The notes under the pieces were generated by a model. That model had not been told where the DNA came from. It did not search any database and saw only the letters and a list, made by a program, of their open reading frames with translations. Positions 38,386 through 47,222 of a DNA stretch of 64,000 nt are shown here, piece after piece. Position numbers and translations under genes: made by a program. This stretch comes from a virus (taxonomy: Duplodnaviria > Caudoviricetes), in the IMG/VR virus record IMGVR_UViG_2974655483_000001, positions 1 through 64,000 of that record; one strand, 5' to 3'. Numbering within the stretch: position 1 is the stretch's first letter; every line of letters starts with the position of its first letter.

Positions 38386-38639
38386 TTACTAATCTAAAAC
38401 GAAAGACCATCAAACAGCACTTAGTGATGTGTGCAACTATGGGAATCTGTAGTAATGTGCAAACACCGAAAGAATGGGCACAACTTATGGGTTATAAGGT
38501 CCATTCTGTTCGTCATGCTAACCTCGCTACTCTAAATGTGGCAGCAGCAGGTAAAGAATTGAATAGAGAAATGGGTTACGATTACATTTATGAGCATTTT
38601 CCTCTATGGTCGCATAATAAGAAGTATAGTCCCATGTGA
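38382..38639 (+). CDS. hypothetical protein
   Basis: ATGA-coupled to dam. Confidence 0.55.
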   Translation: MITNLKRKTIKQHLVMCATMGICSNVQTPKEWAQLMGYKVHSVRHANLATLNVAAAGKELNREMGYDYIYEHFPLWSHNKKYSPM

Positions 38640-38710
38640 CAGTTGATTGAACTGTCCACTATCACTTGCAAAGCACCTCAAAAGGTGCAATACTATAAGA
38701 GTCAAAGGAA
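38635..38710 (+). promoter_or_regulatory. palindrome + early promoter (repeat copy 4)
   Basis: TGTGACAGTT-GATTG-AACTGTCCAC; TTGCAA-17-AATACT; ATAAGAGTCAAAGGAA. Confidence 0.85.
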
Positions 38711-38722
38711 CCGATCAACCCC

Positions 38723-39157
38723 ATGGCAACACACGCTCCCCGCCGCACTGACAAGACTGGCAAATGCTTTGAATATTTTTGTGAGCATCTCTTGTGCCTC
38801 TCTGGTTCTAATGTAGAGGAGCAAGAAAACATCGGTTTGCGTCCTACAGGTGGTGCTCACAATACAGACCTAATCGTTGATGAGGAGGTTATTATTTCTC
38901 TGAAATATCAGGACGTTGCTGGTACTGCTGAGGAGAAGATTCCATACGAGCAGATGTGTTTACAGCACGCATGTGAGACCTATGGATATAAAAAAGCAGT
39001 CGTAGTCCTTGCTGGTCCTGGTTGGTCACACGATGATTCTTATCGTGAAAATGTGTTTGGGCAGTGGATGAATACTCCTGACGTTTCTATCATCAACTTC
39101 GATGAGTTTCTTGATGAGTTTCAACTATGGGAAACCTTCCTGTCTGAGGTCATGTGA
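38723..39157 (+). CDS. PD-(D/E)XK-family nuclease
   Basis: G..FE helix, TDLIV, ISLKYQ.V.GTAEEK.PYE, VV.L.G.GW. Confidence 0.7.
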   Translation: MATHAPRRTDKTGKCFEYFCEHLLCLSGSNVEEQENIGLRPTGGAHNTDLIVDEEVIISLKYQDVAGTAEEKIPYEQMCLQHACETYGYKKAVVVLAGPGWSHDDSYRENVFGQWMNTPDVSIINFDEFLDEFQLWETFLSEVM

Positions 39158-39226
39158 CAGTTGGTTAAACTGTCCACCAAACCCCCCAAAGCACCCTGGA
39201 AGGTGCCATACTATAAAAGTCAAAAC
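39153..39226 (+). promoter_or_regulatory. palindrome + promoter lacking -35 (repeat copy 5)
   Basis: TGTGACAGTT-GGTTA-AACTGTCCAC; TGCCATACTATAAAAGTCAAA. Confidence 0.8.
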
Positions 39227-39234
39227 AAACATCC

Positions 39235-40146
39235 ATGACAAACCTCACCAAACTGGTAAAAGATATCGAGACGGGCAATCGTCCTTCCAATGATATTGAC
39301 ATCACCCAATTCTTCAAGAAAACAATTAGTGGTGAATATGTTCCTGATATGAGTACACGTATTCAGGTGCGTAATCGAGATCGTGATGTAGATTTTGTTG
39401 AGCGAACTGTTAATAAGATTAACAAAACTGGTGACAGAAGTAAACTTTCTACCCTGACTACTGTATTCTTTCCTAAGACAAATGCAGTAAAACTTCTCAA
39501 CGGAAACCATACTGCTGAGATCGAGTTGCAGTTGGGACTGCGAAAGGCAGTTGCTAACTCTATCAATTTTGATACAGAGTTGGGTGGTAAAATGTCACTG
39601 GCACGGCGTCTTGGTAATCTACTCAACCGTGAGGAAGTAGAACGCAATTCTACTTCTGCTGATGACGTAAGAGGAGAACTCTATGCAATCATGGACGAAC
39701 GTATTGCTGAAGGAAAAGATGCAAAACCTTCAGAAAGTGAAATTCAAGAACTGATTGAGTTGTATCCTTTTGTCAGTCGCTTAACAATCGGGCAATGGAT
39801 TTCTTATCACGCCCAGGGTGGAAGCAGACGTGCTCCTTTGAAATCTTACTCGGGAGAAGAACTTAAGCAACAGAAAGAATTTTACACTAAGCAGAGAAAG
39901 TATCGTGATTATGTAATCCTGGCACCTCGTACACTTGGCGCATGGGAGAGTACAGGAGTTGCACAATCATTCATTCAATGTAAGAATGAAAATAAGACTA
40001 AGGTTCTTGTTCCATTCTATTGTGCATCTGTTGCAGAGTCTGAAAAACTTGAGAAAGGCGAAGATGTAAGAATTGAAACATTTTATAGGGAACTTGGTGC
40101 ATACTATGGTCTCACTTTTGAAGTTGATTTTCTGAGTTGTGAGTGA
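39235..40146 (+). CDS. ParB/sulfiredoxin-like N-terminal domain protein
   Basis: QVR...LLNGNHT resembles the ParB/Srx QPR...DGxHR motif. Confidence 0.45.
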   Translation: MTNLTKLVKDIETGNRPSNDIDITQFFKKTISGEYVPDMSTRIQVRNRDRDVDFVERTVNKINKTGDRSKLSTLTTVFFPKTNAVKLLNGNHTAEIELQLGLRKAVANSINFDTELGGKMSLARRLGNLLNREEVERNSTSADDVRGELYAIMDERIAEGKDAKPSESEIQELIELYPFVSRLTIGQWISYHAQGGSRRAPLKSYSGEELKQQKEFYTKQRKYRDYVILAPRTLGAWESTGVAQSFIQCKNENKTKVLVPFYCASVAESEKLEKGEDVRIETFYRELGAYYGLTFEVDFLSCE

Positions 40147-40148
40147 CG

Positions 40149-40223
40149 TGTGACAATCGCTGAACTGGTCTGGACCCCTTGACGGGGGTCTATTTTTATG
40201 CCATACTATAAGAGTCAAAGGAA
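40149..40223 (+). promoter_or_regulatory. palindrome + early promoter (repeat copy 6)
   Basis: TGTGACAAT..AACTGGTC; TTGACG-17-CATACT; ATAAGAGTCAAAGGAA. Confidence 0.85.
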
Positions 40224-40232
40224 CGCCATTCA

Positions 40233-41471
40233 ATGCAACTCCGTCCCCACCAGCAACGCGCATTCGATGCCATGCAGGCAAACGACTGTGGGCAGGTGAT
40301 CATCCCTACGGGTGGTGGCAAGACTTACATCATGATCGCAGATGCTCTGCATCGTGCTGCACAGGGTCAAACGATTGTTGTTGTTGCTCCACGCATCTTG
40401 CTCGCTAATCAACTCTGTGAGGAGTTTATGGAGCACATCAGTGGCACTTGGACGCATGTCTGTCATGCACATAGCGGAGAGACTCACTACTTCAGCAGCA
40501 CAAAACCTGAGAAGATTGCACTCTTCAATGATACTGCACGGGCAGCGGGTGAGAGTTGCATTATATTCACCACCTATCATTCTCTGCACCGCGTTGTAGA
40601 TAGTGGCATCAATATTGACACTATCTATTTCGATGAAGCACACAATGGTTGTGGTCGTCACTTCCACAAAGCAGTATTTGCCACGGCACAGTATGCCAAG
40701 CGTCGTTACTATTTCACTGCTACCCCTAAGAATGGTCGTGGTGTGAGTCTTTCGCGTGGCATGAATAACACCTCTGTTTATGGTCGCACTCTGTGCAATG
40801 TGCCTGCTGCTGAGTTGATCGCTGCTGGTGCAATCGTGCCCCCTAAAGTTGTTGCTTTTGAGACGAGTCGTACTCGTAACAAGTACAACGCACACGAGGT
40901 TGATGGTGACAACCTGAAGGATATGTTCGAGCAACTCGATGTATTCCAGAACCCTAAAGTCTTGGTGGCAGCACCATCTAGCAAGGTTCTGGGTAACATG
41001 CTCGGACAGACTGACATCCTTGAGTATTTCTATCGCAAGGGATATGACGTGATGCACATCACCTCTAAGTTTGGTGCTATCATCAACGACAAGAAAGTAG
41101 GACGCGAGGAGTTCTTCAACACGCTGCAATCGTGGGGTGCTGATGACTCTAAGAAGTTTGTTATCTTTCACTATTCCATTCTGTCTGAGGGTATCAATGT
41201 GCCAGGTCTGACGCATACAATCTTGCTGCGTAATCTGCCCATCGTAGAGATGGCACAGACAATCGGTCGTGTTATCCGTGTCCACCAAGATGACCGCGCT
41301 GCTGTTGCTGAGGGTCGCATTCCTGCTGGTGCGTTTCATCTTTACAAGAAGTCTGAAGGTATTGTTACCATGCCAACAGGTTACAAGATGGGTAACGCTA
41401 TCGCTCAAAGATTGCAGAATGTTGTTAACGCTATCTTCATCGAAGGTATTCCTCCCGTCGCATTCTGCTAA
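40233..41471 (+). CDS. superfamily II (ResIII/DEAH-like) helicase
   Basis: LRPHQ, PTGGGKT, TTY.S, DEAH, TATP, LSEGIN, QTIGRVIR. Confidence 0.92.
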   Translation: MQLRPHQQRAFDAMQANDCGQVIIPTGGGKTYIMIADALHRAAQGQTIVVVAPRILLANQLCEEFMEHISGTWTHVCHAHSGETHYFSSTKPEKIALFNDTARAAGESCIIFTTYHSLHRVVDSGINIDTIYFDEAHNGCGRHFHKAVFATAQYAKRRYYFTATPKNGRGVSLSRGMNNTSVYGRTLCNVPAAELIAAGAIVPPKVVAFETSRTRNKYNAHEVDGDNLKDMFEQLDVFQNPKVLVAAPSSKVLGNMLGQTDILEYFYRKGYDVMHITSKFGAIINDKKVGREEFFNTLQSWGADDSKKFVIFHYSILSEGINVPGLTHTILLRNLPIVEMAQTIGRVIRVHQDDRAAVAEGRIPAGAFHLYKKSEGIVTMPTGYKMGNAIAQRLQNVVNAIFIEGIPPVAFC

Positions 41472-41886
41472 TGTCTGATTATGTTTTTGACCGAGATGAT
41501 TGGGAAATGGTTTTTGAAGCAATATGTTTCTATGACATGCACAAGGAGGAAGATTCATTTAATGATAAACAAGACTTAGCATGGAGAACACTTTACGATG
41601 AATGTCAGTATCAACTATATGGAGAACCTGATATCGTTTTTGCTGCCGCGCTGGCAAAAAGGGCACAATCAAAACTTAAACCTTCGCAGTGGGCATAATG
41701 ACACCAACAACTGACTCCACTTGGTTTACACACACATCCGACAAATTGTATGATCGGCACTATTACACAATCGACAAAAAACGATTCGATGACTATGACC
41801 AACTCAGAGCATATTGGTTCCAAATTCCTATCACTAATCAAACTGTGATTGTTCATGACTATAAAAAGAAGAAGGGGTTTAGTTAG
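41471..41886 (+). CDS. two small hypothetical proteins (41471-41698 and ~41698-41886)
   Basis: Coupled ORFs; the second has WF..TSD..YDRH.Y. Confidence 0.55.
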
Positions 41887-42042
41887 TATCACTTAGTCTT
41901 TTTTCCATAACGAGAGCGGGAGGCATGACCAAACACACCTGACGGACAGAATTATGCAAAAAACAGGTCTTTGCTCTAGTGGTGGCAAGGGTTCTCAAGG
42001 CATGACAGCGACAGGATGACAGCATACCACCAACCAACCCAA

Positions 42043-42114
42043 ACCAGTTGGCGAACTGGTCAAAACCCCTTGCCAAATGCCTCAAAATCTGCAATACTAT
42101 AAGAGTCAAAGGAA
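42043..42114 (+). promoter_or_regulatory. palindrome + early promoter (repeat copy 7)
   Basis: ACCAGTT-GGCG-AACTGGT; TTGCCA-17-AATACT; ATAAGAGTCAAAGGAA. Confidence 0.85.
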
Positions 42115-42121
42115 CAGCACC

Positions 42122-42295
42122 ATGCGAACCGTCACCAAAGTCCAAGCACTAGAGCAATTCCGTTACAACTGGATGGCAACCAAATCAACAGATAATGTCG
42201 CAAAGCGTGAGGCATGGGGTATCTTCACTGATGAACTTTGCCGTGAGGGTTATATCACCATGAAAAAGTACGAGTCCTGGAGCAACCCTTTTTGA
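42122..42295 (+). CDS. hypothetical early protein
   Basis: TK.QA..QFR..W.....D..AKREAW..FTD.LC.EGYIT...Y..W.NPF. Confidence 0.7.
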   Translation: MRTVTKVQALEQFRYNWMATKSTDNVAKREAWGIFTDELCREGYITMKKYESWSNPF

Positions 42296-42510
42296 TGAAG
42301 ATTGACACGGTTGGTAGAGTCATAGGATCATTTCTTGTGGTCACTGCATATTTCATCATCCTACATGTTAACATATCATTAGGGGTGATTATGCAGTTTG
42401 TTGGTGATGCTATCTCCGTGCCATTCTTCATCCGAACTAAATCTTGGGATGTTGTAATCATGCTCGCGTTCCTGTTAATCATCTCATCTACTAAATTGCT
42501 ACCGAACTAA
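42292..42510 (+). CDS. small membrane protein (about 3 TM segments)
   Basis: Hydrophobic segments, PFFIR.K.WD. Confidence 0.65.
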   Translation: MMKIDTVGRVIGSFLVVTAYFIILHVNISLGVIMQFVGDAISVPFFIRTKSWDVVIMLAFLLIISSTKLLPN

Positions 42511-43248
42511 TGTCTTGGGGTCTCATTCCATGGTCACGTCTTAAACACAGAAAAATGACTTATCTTCAACTTCTAGAACAACTTCAGTGCTGCTCAAAAG
42601 AAACTCTACAGCAAACTGTGACGCTGTATAGTATCAAAAATGACGAGTTTACTCCCGCTTATATGACAGATTACACTGACAGTGAGGAACAAGTTCTCGA
42701 CCCTAATCATTTTGTAATTACTTTCTGATGACCGAATTTACTCCTCCTGATAATGCTGAACTCATTGATGATGTATTTTATGTTTGGAAGTCTCGGTATG
42801 GACTATACTCAACAGCAACAAAAGAAGGTCGCCAGATGATGACTGGTGCCACTAAAGATGGTGTTACTCTCATGACAAGATGGCATCTTAAGTGTGAACA
42901 AGATGGCACACTTGAACAATACACAAGAGTTGTAGGATCCTCCGTTGTGAGTGGTAAACTATGACCGAACTTCCTGTCGATTTTGTTCATGATGCTCCAA
43001 AGGGTTACTCTTATGAGGTTGAAGATTTCAAGCGAAATGTCGTTTCTATTTGGTTACTTCATCATCAAATCTTTTCTTATACTAGTGATCCTGTTCGTAC
43101 AATCTGGGGTTTCTACAACACAAAGAAACGGGAGTATTTTGCACCCATCAACTCAAAGAAGTGTGGAAGCAAAGTAATCATAACTGACACGACTCCGTAT
43201 ACATCCATGAAGGTCAATCGTAGGGGGTTAGAGATACTTTGGATGTGA
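42510..43248 (+). CDS. three small coupled hypothetical proteins (42510-42728, 42728-42964, 42961-43248)
   Basis: Overlapping start/stop codons; the third has H.AP.GY.Y...TIWGF...API. Confidence 0.6.
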
Positions 43249-43251
43249 TGG

Positions 43252-43329
43252 GTGTGCCAGTCCCCTAAAGTGGCACACAGGCGCTTGTAAAGGGGTCTCA
43301 AAGGTGCAATACTATAAGAGTCAAAGGAA
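43252..43329 (+). promoter_or_regulatory. palindrome + early promoter (repeat copy 8)
   Basis: GTGTGCCAGT..AAGTGGCACAC; TTGTAA-17-AATACT; ATAAGAGTCAAAGGAA. Confidence 0.85.
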
Positions 43330-43339
43330 ACGAACTCAA

Positions 43340-43824
43340 ATGCTTTTCAAAGGTCCAAACGGTTCAACCTGCTCCACTCTCAGCGGTCCCCAAATCATCG
43401 CACTATCTAACACCGATGAATTCATTGAAAACACCAAAATCGTTGCTGAAAAAACTGGGTCAATGGATCTCTGGCGTGAAATGTTCGGTGATGATGATGG
43501 CATCGGACAGGACTCTGCCTTTATGGATGACAACTTCGGAGGGTAACTTCGACAACTAAGTAAAACACACTCACTTCACTAACTAACATGTTTGACACCA
43601 CTCTTGACCTCTTCGCATTCAACGAGACTGACGATCGTGATGACATGATTGATACTATGGCAGAGACTTATTTCAAAGCAATGACAACATTGGCAGCAGA
43701 TAACCGCAACTTTGATGCAATCGCCTGCTATGAGGAGTGGGTTGTTGATGGTGTAGACCCTCAAGATGGTGGTGTAGAGATATTCTTCGCACCTGATCTT
43801 ACACGCGAAAGAGAAGAGAATTAA
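43340..43824 (+). CDS. two small acidic early proteins (43340-43546, 43588-43824)
   Basis: ORFs downstream of repeat copy 8. Confidence 0.55.
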
Positions 43825-43831
43825 AGTCCGC

Positions 43832-43903
43832 GTGTGCCAGTTCCCAAAGAGCACACCATCGCTTGATTTCCGCACCGATTGGTGCAATACTATAAGAGTC
43901 AAA
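43832..43903 (+). promoter_or_regulatory. palindrome + early promoter (repeat copy 9)
   Basis: GTGTGCCAGTT..GAGCACAC; TTGATT-17-AATACT; ATAAGAGTCAAA. Confidence 0.8.
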
Positions 43904-43915
43904 CAAACACACCTC

Positions 43916-45055
43916 ATGCAACTCTCAAACTCCGTCTGTATCGTTGATTTCTTCCCTGAGGCATTCATTGCTGAGTCAGATGATATCAAAGGCATGAAAG
44001 TTACAGTTCGTCGTTTTAACAAGCGTGTGACATTCATTGATAACGGTGCTAAGTCTTATAGCACTGTGACAGCACTCACAGCACGTAATGAGTGGATGGA
44101 GCGTATTGCTAGCGGTGCAACAGTTACTGACTACCACACCGACAAAATGCCTCGCTCTGAGTATGCTCCCATGGCATGTGTGGGGTGATTCCCCTCACTC
44201 ACTGCAAACCCTTATCTAACATCATGCTCAAAACACAACTACTCAAAGTCGTCGGTGAAACTGCAAACAGCGTTGATACTAAAATGACACGATTGGAAAA
44301 GTTTGAAGTATTCTGTCGCGTGTGTGATGGGTTACTTGAAGATGGTCGAATCAGTTCTGCTAAACATTACGCATGGACCAACGTATTCTAACTCCTAACT
44401 AACTCCAAATCTCATCCAAATTAGGACTAAATCATGAATTACACTCTCAAGCAACTTCAAGACCGTGTTAATAGTATGATCAAAGAACAGGGAGAAGATG
44501 CAGAATGTGCAGCATGGATTTATACCAAGCATGATTGTCATCTAAAGGATGAAGATGGTGAGACTGATTATGACAATAATGTAGAAGATCCTGAAGTTCT
44601 TGCACGCATCTTCTATCAAGTTGGTGATTCTGATTACATCTATCAGTGCATTCAAGATGAAGTGGATGAAGCAACAGAGGAGCAACTTGTGCAGTATCAG
44701 CAAGAGTTAGTGGAGGTAAAATGAGAATTACGCAATACTTACTCAGTGGCATCTTTGTCGTTGTTGGTATCACTTGTTATCTGATATTCTTAGCAGAACG
44801 TGATACTAAGATGATGAACTACTACGATTCAACTACTATTCAGGGGGCACGATGAACTACACTAAAGAACAACTGATTGAGGCACTCTGTCGTGAATATG
44901 ATTACCTCTGTCATGATGATTATGATCCTGAGGTTGATGATACTCCAGAAGAATATCGTCTCAGACTTGAATGCTACTCTCTTGAAGAGTTAGTAGAAGA
45001 TACATGCACGGGCGAAGGTTACACACTTGACGAATTCATGGAGAACTGGAACTAA
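43916..45055 (+). CDS. series of small early proteins (43916-44188, ~44224-44391, 44434-44724, 44852-45055)
   Basis: Co-oriented short ORFs after repeat copy 9, several acidic. Confidence 0.55.
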
Positions 45056-45244
45056 TGGACAAGATTGATACACAGGGCATGAGTCTTCCTGGTGATGGTA
45101 ATACTAACTCACAGCGTGAGTATCCTCCAATGCCAGTAAGAAAGCGCACTATCTTCACAGCAGAAGAGAGAATAGAACTCAAAGAGATAATTAACGAAGC
45201 ACTCGATGAGCGTAACGACGCCAGACGATAACCGCAAGATCCCT

Positions 45245-45306
45245 TGTGCCAGTTGGTCAAAGTGTCCACTATCGCTTGCAATTCGCCCGATTCTCTGCCA
45301 TACTAA
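45245..45306 (+). promoter_or_regulatory. palindrome + early promoter (repeat copy 10)
   Basis: TGTGCCAGTT-GGTCA-AAGTGTCCAC; TTGCAA-17-CATACT. Confidence 0.8.
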
Positions 45307-45331
45307 CAGTATGGAAATCAAGGAAACCAAC

Positions 45332-45954
45332 ATGACTGCCAACAAAATGCTTCTCAACAATCCTTCTTTCGTCAACGCCCTTCGTGGTCTGCAATCTTTC
45401 GTGATGGAAACAGGTGCCGACGTTGATATGGCGTTTGATTGGGTATGCGACCAGGCAGAAATCAACTCCTTTGCAGGTGATTTAGATGCCTTCTCTTGCT
45501 TCTATGATGTATACTGCGATGCCGCAAATGATTGATATCTTTCACAACTCCTTACAACAACTTACAGATCTTTCTATCTACAAACCTATGACTACTGGCA
45601 ACCCTTACACTGATACCCTGCTCGAAATGGGTTATGACAGACAAGACATCGAAGTTGCAGGCGCTATGTTTCAAAAGCATACGTTCCCATGTGTTATCCA
45701 TGGTCGTCAATTTGACACTGAAGAGCAATACTTTGCTGAACTACATGAGTATATGAATGGCATGTAATTGAAGCGTTTATCTGATACTAATCGCTTCACA
45801 TTCTTTACTAAATCTTTTCCTCATGCGTATTGCTCTTGCTGCTATCATCGTCCTTTGTGGTGCTAACTTACTCATTGAGTTGCTAGATTCATCCATGGTT
45901 GATGTTATTAAAGAAAGGAACGAAACGATCCAACGCCAAATCGACGCCATGTGA
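45332..45954 (+). CDS. small early proteins (45332-45535, ~45588-45767, 45823-45954)
   Basis: AAGGA RBS before 45332; the last ORF is a 43 aa protein with a hydrophobic N-terminus. Confidence 0.5.
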
Positions 45955-46018
45955 CAATCAGGGAACTGTACCCAATATCGGGTTTTACCGTTGCGCCACC
46001 CTCCAAAACTGCTACAAT
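45950..46018 (+). promoter_or_regulatory. palindrome + early promoter (repeat copy 11, longer spacing)
   Basis: TGTGACAAT..AACTGTAC; TTGCGC-16-TACAAT with extended TG. Confidence 0.65.
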
Positions 46019-46072
46019 ACAGACAAGCGGGAAACGAAACGAAACCGCCTCTCAACCTTTTCTCTTCTCATC

Positions 46073-46420
46073 ATGCGTAAGATTGAATCCCAAATGTGTG
46101 CCGCTGTCCAGTCCTCCTCCAACTGGACTAGCAGCAATACGGCAGTTTATTTTGATGAGACGACTAGCACCTCTGTCGTTCGCCTGCATGGCAATAAGAT
46201 TGCTGAGATCACAGACGACACCATGACCATTTTCGATGGCGGTTGGCAGTCAACTACAACCAAATCCAGATTAAATGCACTATGTGATGAATTCTGTGTT
46301 GCTGGTGAAGGTGTATTCCAAAAGAATTACAAGTGGTTTGTAAGAAAGTTCACTGCACAACTAGGCACTGAAAAAGTATTCACTACAGAAGAATTCACCA
46401 ACGGTTACATCTTCGCATGA
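46073..46420 (+). CDS. conserved-looking cyanophage early protein
   Basis: MRKIE.QM..A......W...NT.V...V.LHGN.IA.....FDGGWQS.TTKSRLNAL. Confidence 0.75.
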   Translation: MRKIESQMCAAVQSSSNWTSSNTAVYFDETTSTSVVRLHGNKIAEITDDTMTIFDGGWQSTTTKSRLNALCDEFCVAGEGVFQKNYKWFVRKFTAQLGTEKVFTTEEFTNGYIFA

Positions 46421-46490
46421 TTAAAACTAAGAAAGAGTGGGCAAAGACCTACGCTAACTTCTATTCAATCGTTCTAATCCTCATCCTCTT

Positions 46491-46997
46491 ATGATCATTA
46501 AAGTTTCTCGCTCTACACGTAAGAAGAACACAATCGAGACCTTTGTATCATTCCCATCTAATACTTCCTTTCAAACTGCATATCGCCTCCTAGGTAATCG
46601 TTCTAATGGTATTAACATTAAACGTGCCACTATCTCTCAAGTAACACAAAATCAAGTCACCAAACATATCAAATACTATGATTTCGCAACGCATCAAGTA
46701 GTACGCTAACTATCTCTACAATCTATTACTTTTCCACAGATGAAAGACTTTACTAAGGGACAACAAGTTACTTACAATCAGTTCCAAGGTAAAGTAAACT
46801 TTATAGGTGATCACTATGTAACCCTTACTATAAGGGAATGGGATAAAACCCCGCAGGAACAAAGAAACGCTAAACATAACACTCACCAAGTCAACTTATG
46901 TGTATACAGAGAACATTGGAAAGATATACATTTAGTCCCTCCACAGGTTAATAATACTTTTTCCACAGATAATGCGGAAATTGTGGAAAACTATTAA
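46491..46997 (+). CDS. two hypothetical proteins (46491-46709, 46740-46997)
   Basis: Second is SH3-like: F..GQ.V.Y....G.V.FI...Y.TL. Confidence 0.5.
46730..46990. promoter_or_regulatory. DnaA-box-like cluster
   Basis: TTTTCCACA at 46730-46738 and 46959-46967; TGTGGAAAA at 46982-46990. Confidence 0.55.
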
Positions 46998-47149
46998 TAA
47001 ATCTATTTGTGTTACTTATATGCCTTAAAGGTGCTCTGGAGATGTAGTCTTAGCACGCTCCCTAACAGTTGTCAACCCCTCTGAAATACTCGGAGAATAC
47101 TCTCATCACCATTGCTAATCATTCCCCTCTGAGGGTCATACAGAGGCAC

Positions 47150-47178
47150 TTGACAAACTATCAAATAGATGGTACAAT
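47150..47178 (+). promoter_or_regulatory. sigma70-type promoter
   Basis: TTGACA-17-TACAAT with extended TG. Confidence 0.8.
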
Positions 47179-47222
47179 AACCTTGTAGAGGTTCAGAAAC
47201 ACTCCTTGTATCTTTGAGACTT

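Noticed and set aside
40230-41558. 442 aa antisense ORF spanning the helicase
   Set aside because: It mirrors a gene with full SF2 motifs, has no recognisable motifs of its own and opposes the island's transcription direction; most likely a shadow ORF.
37355-43339. Shared YYKSQR(K/N) N-terminal peptide in track ORFs 37355, 42077 and 43304
   Set aside because: It is the translation of the promoter repeat TACTATAAGAGTCAAAGGAA; real starts are the ATGs after the RBS (37385, 42122, 43340).
35040-46018. Repeats as a CRISPR array or integron attC sites
   Set aside because: Spacing is irregular (about 0.5-1.9 kb) with whole genes between copies, the copies are degenerate and contain -35/-10/RBS elements, and no cas or integrase gene is in the window.
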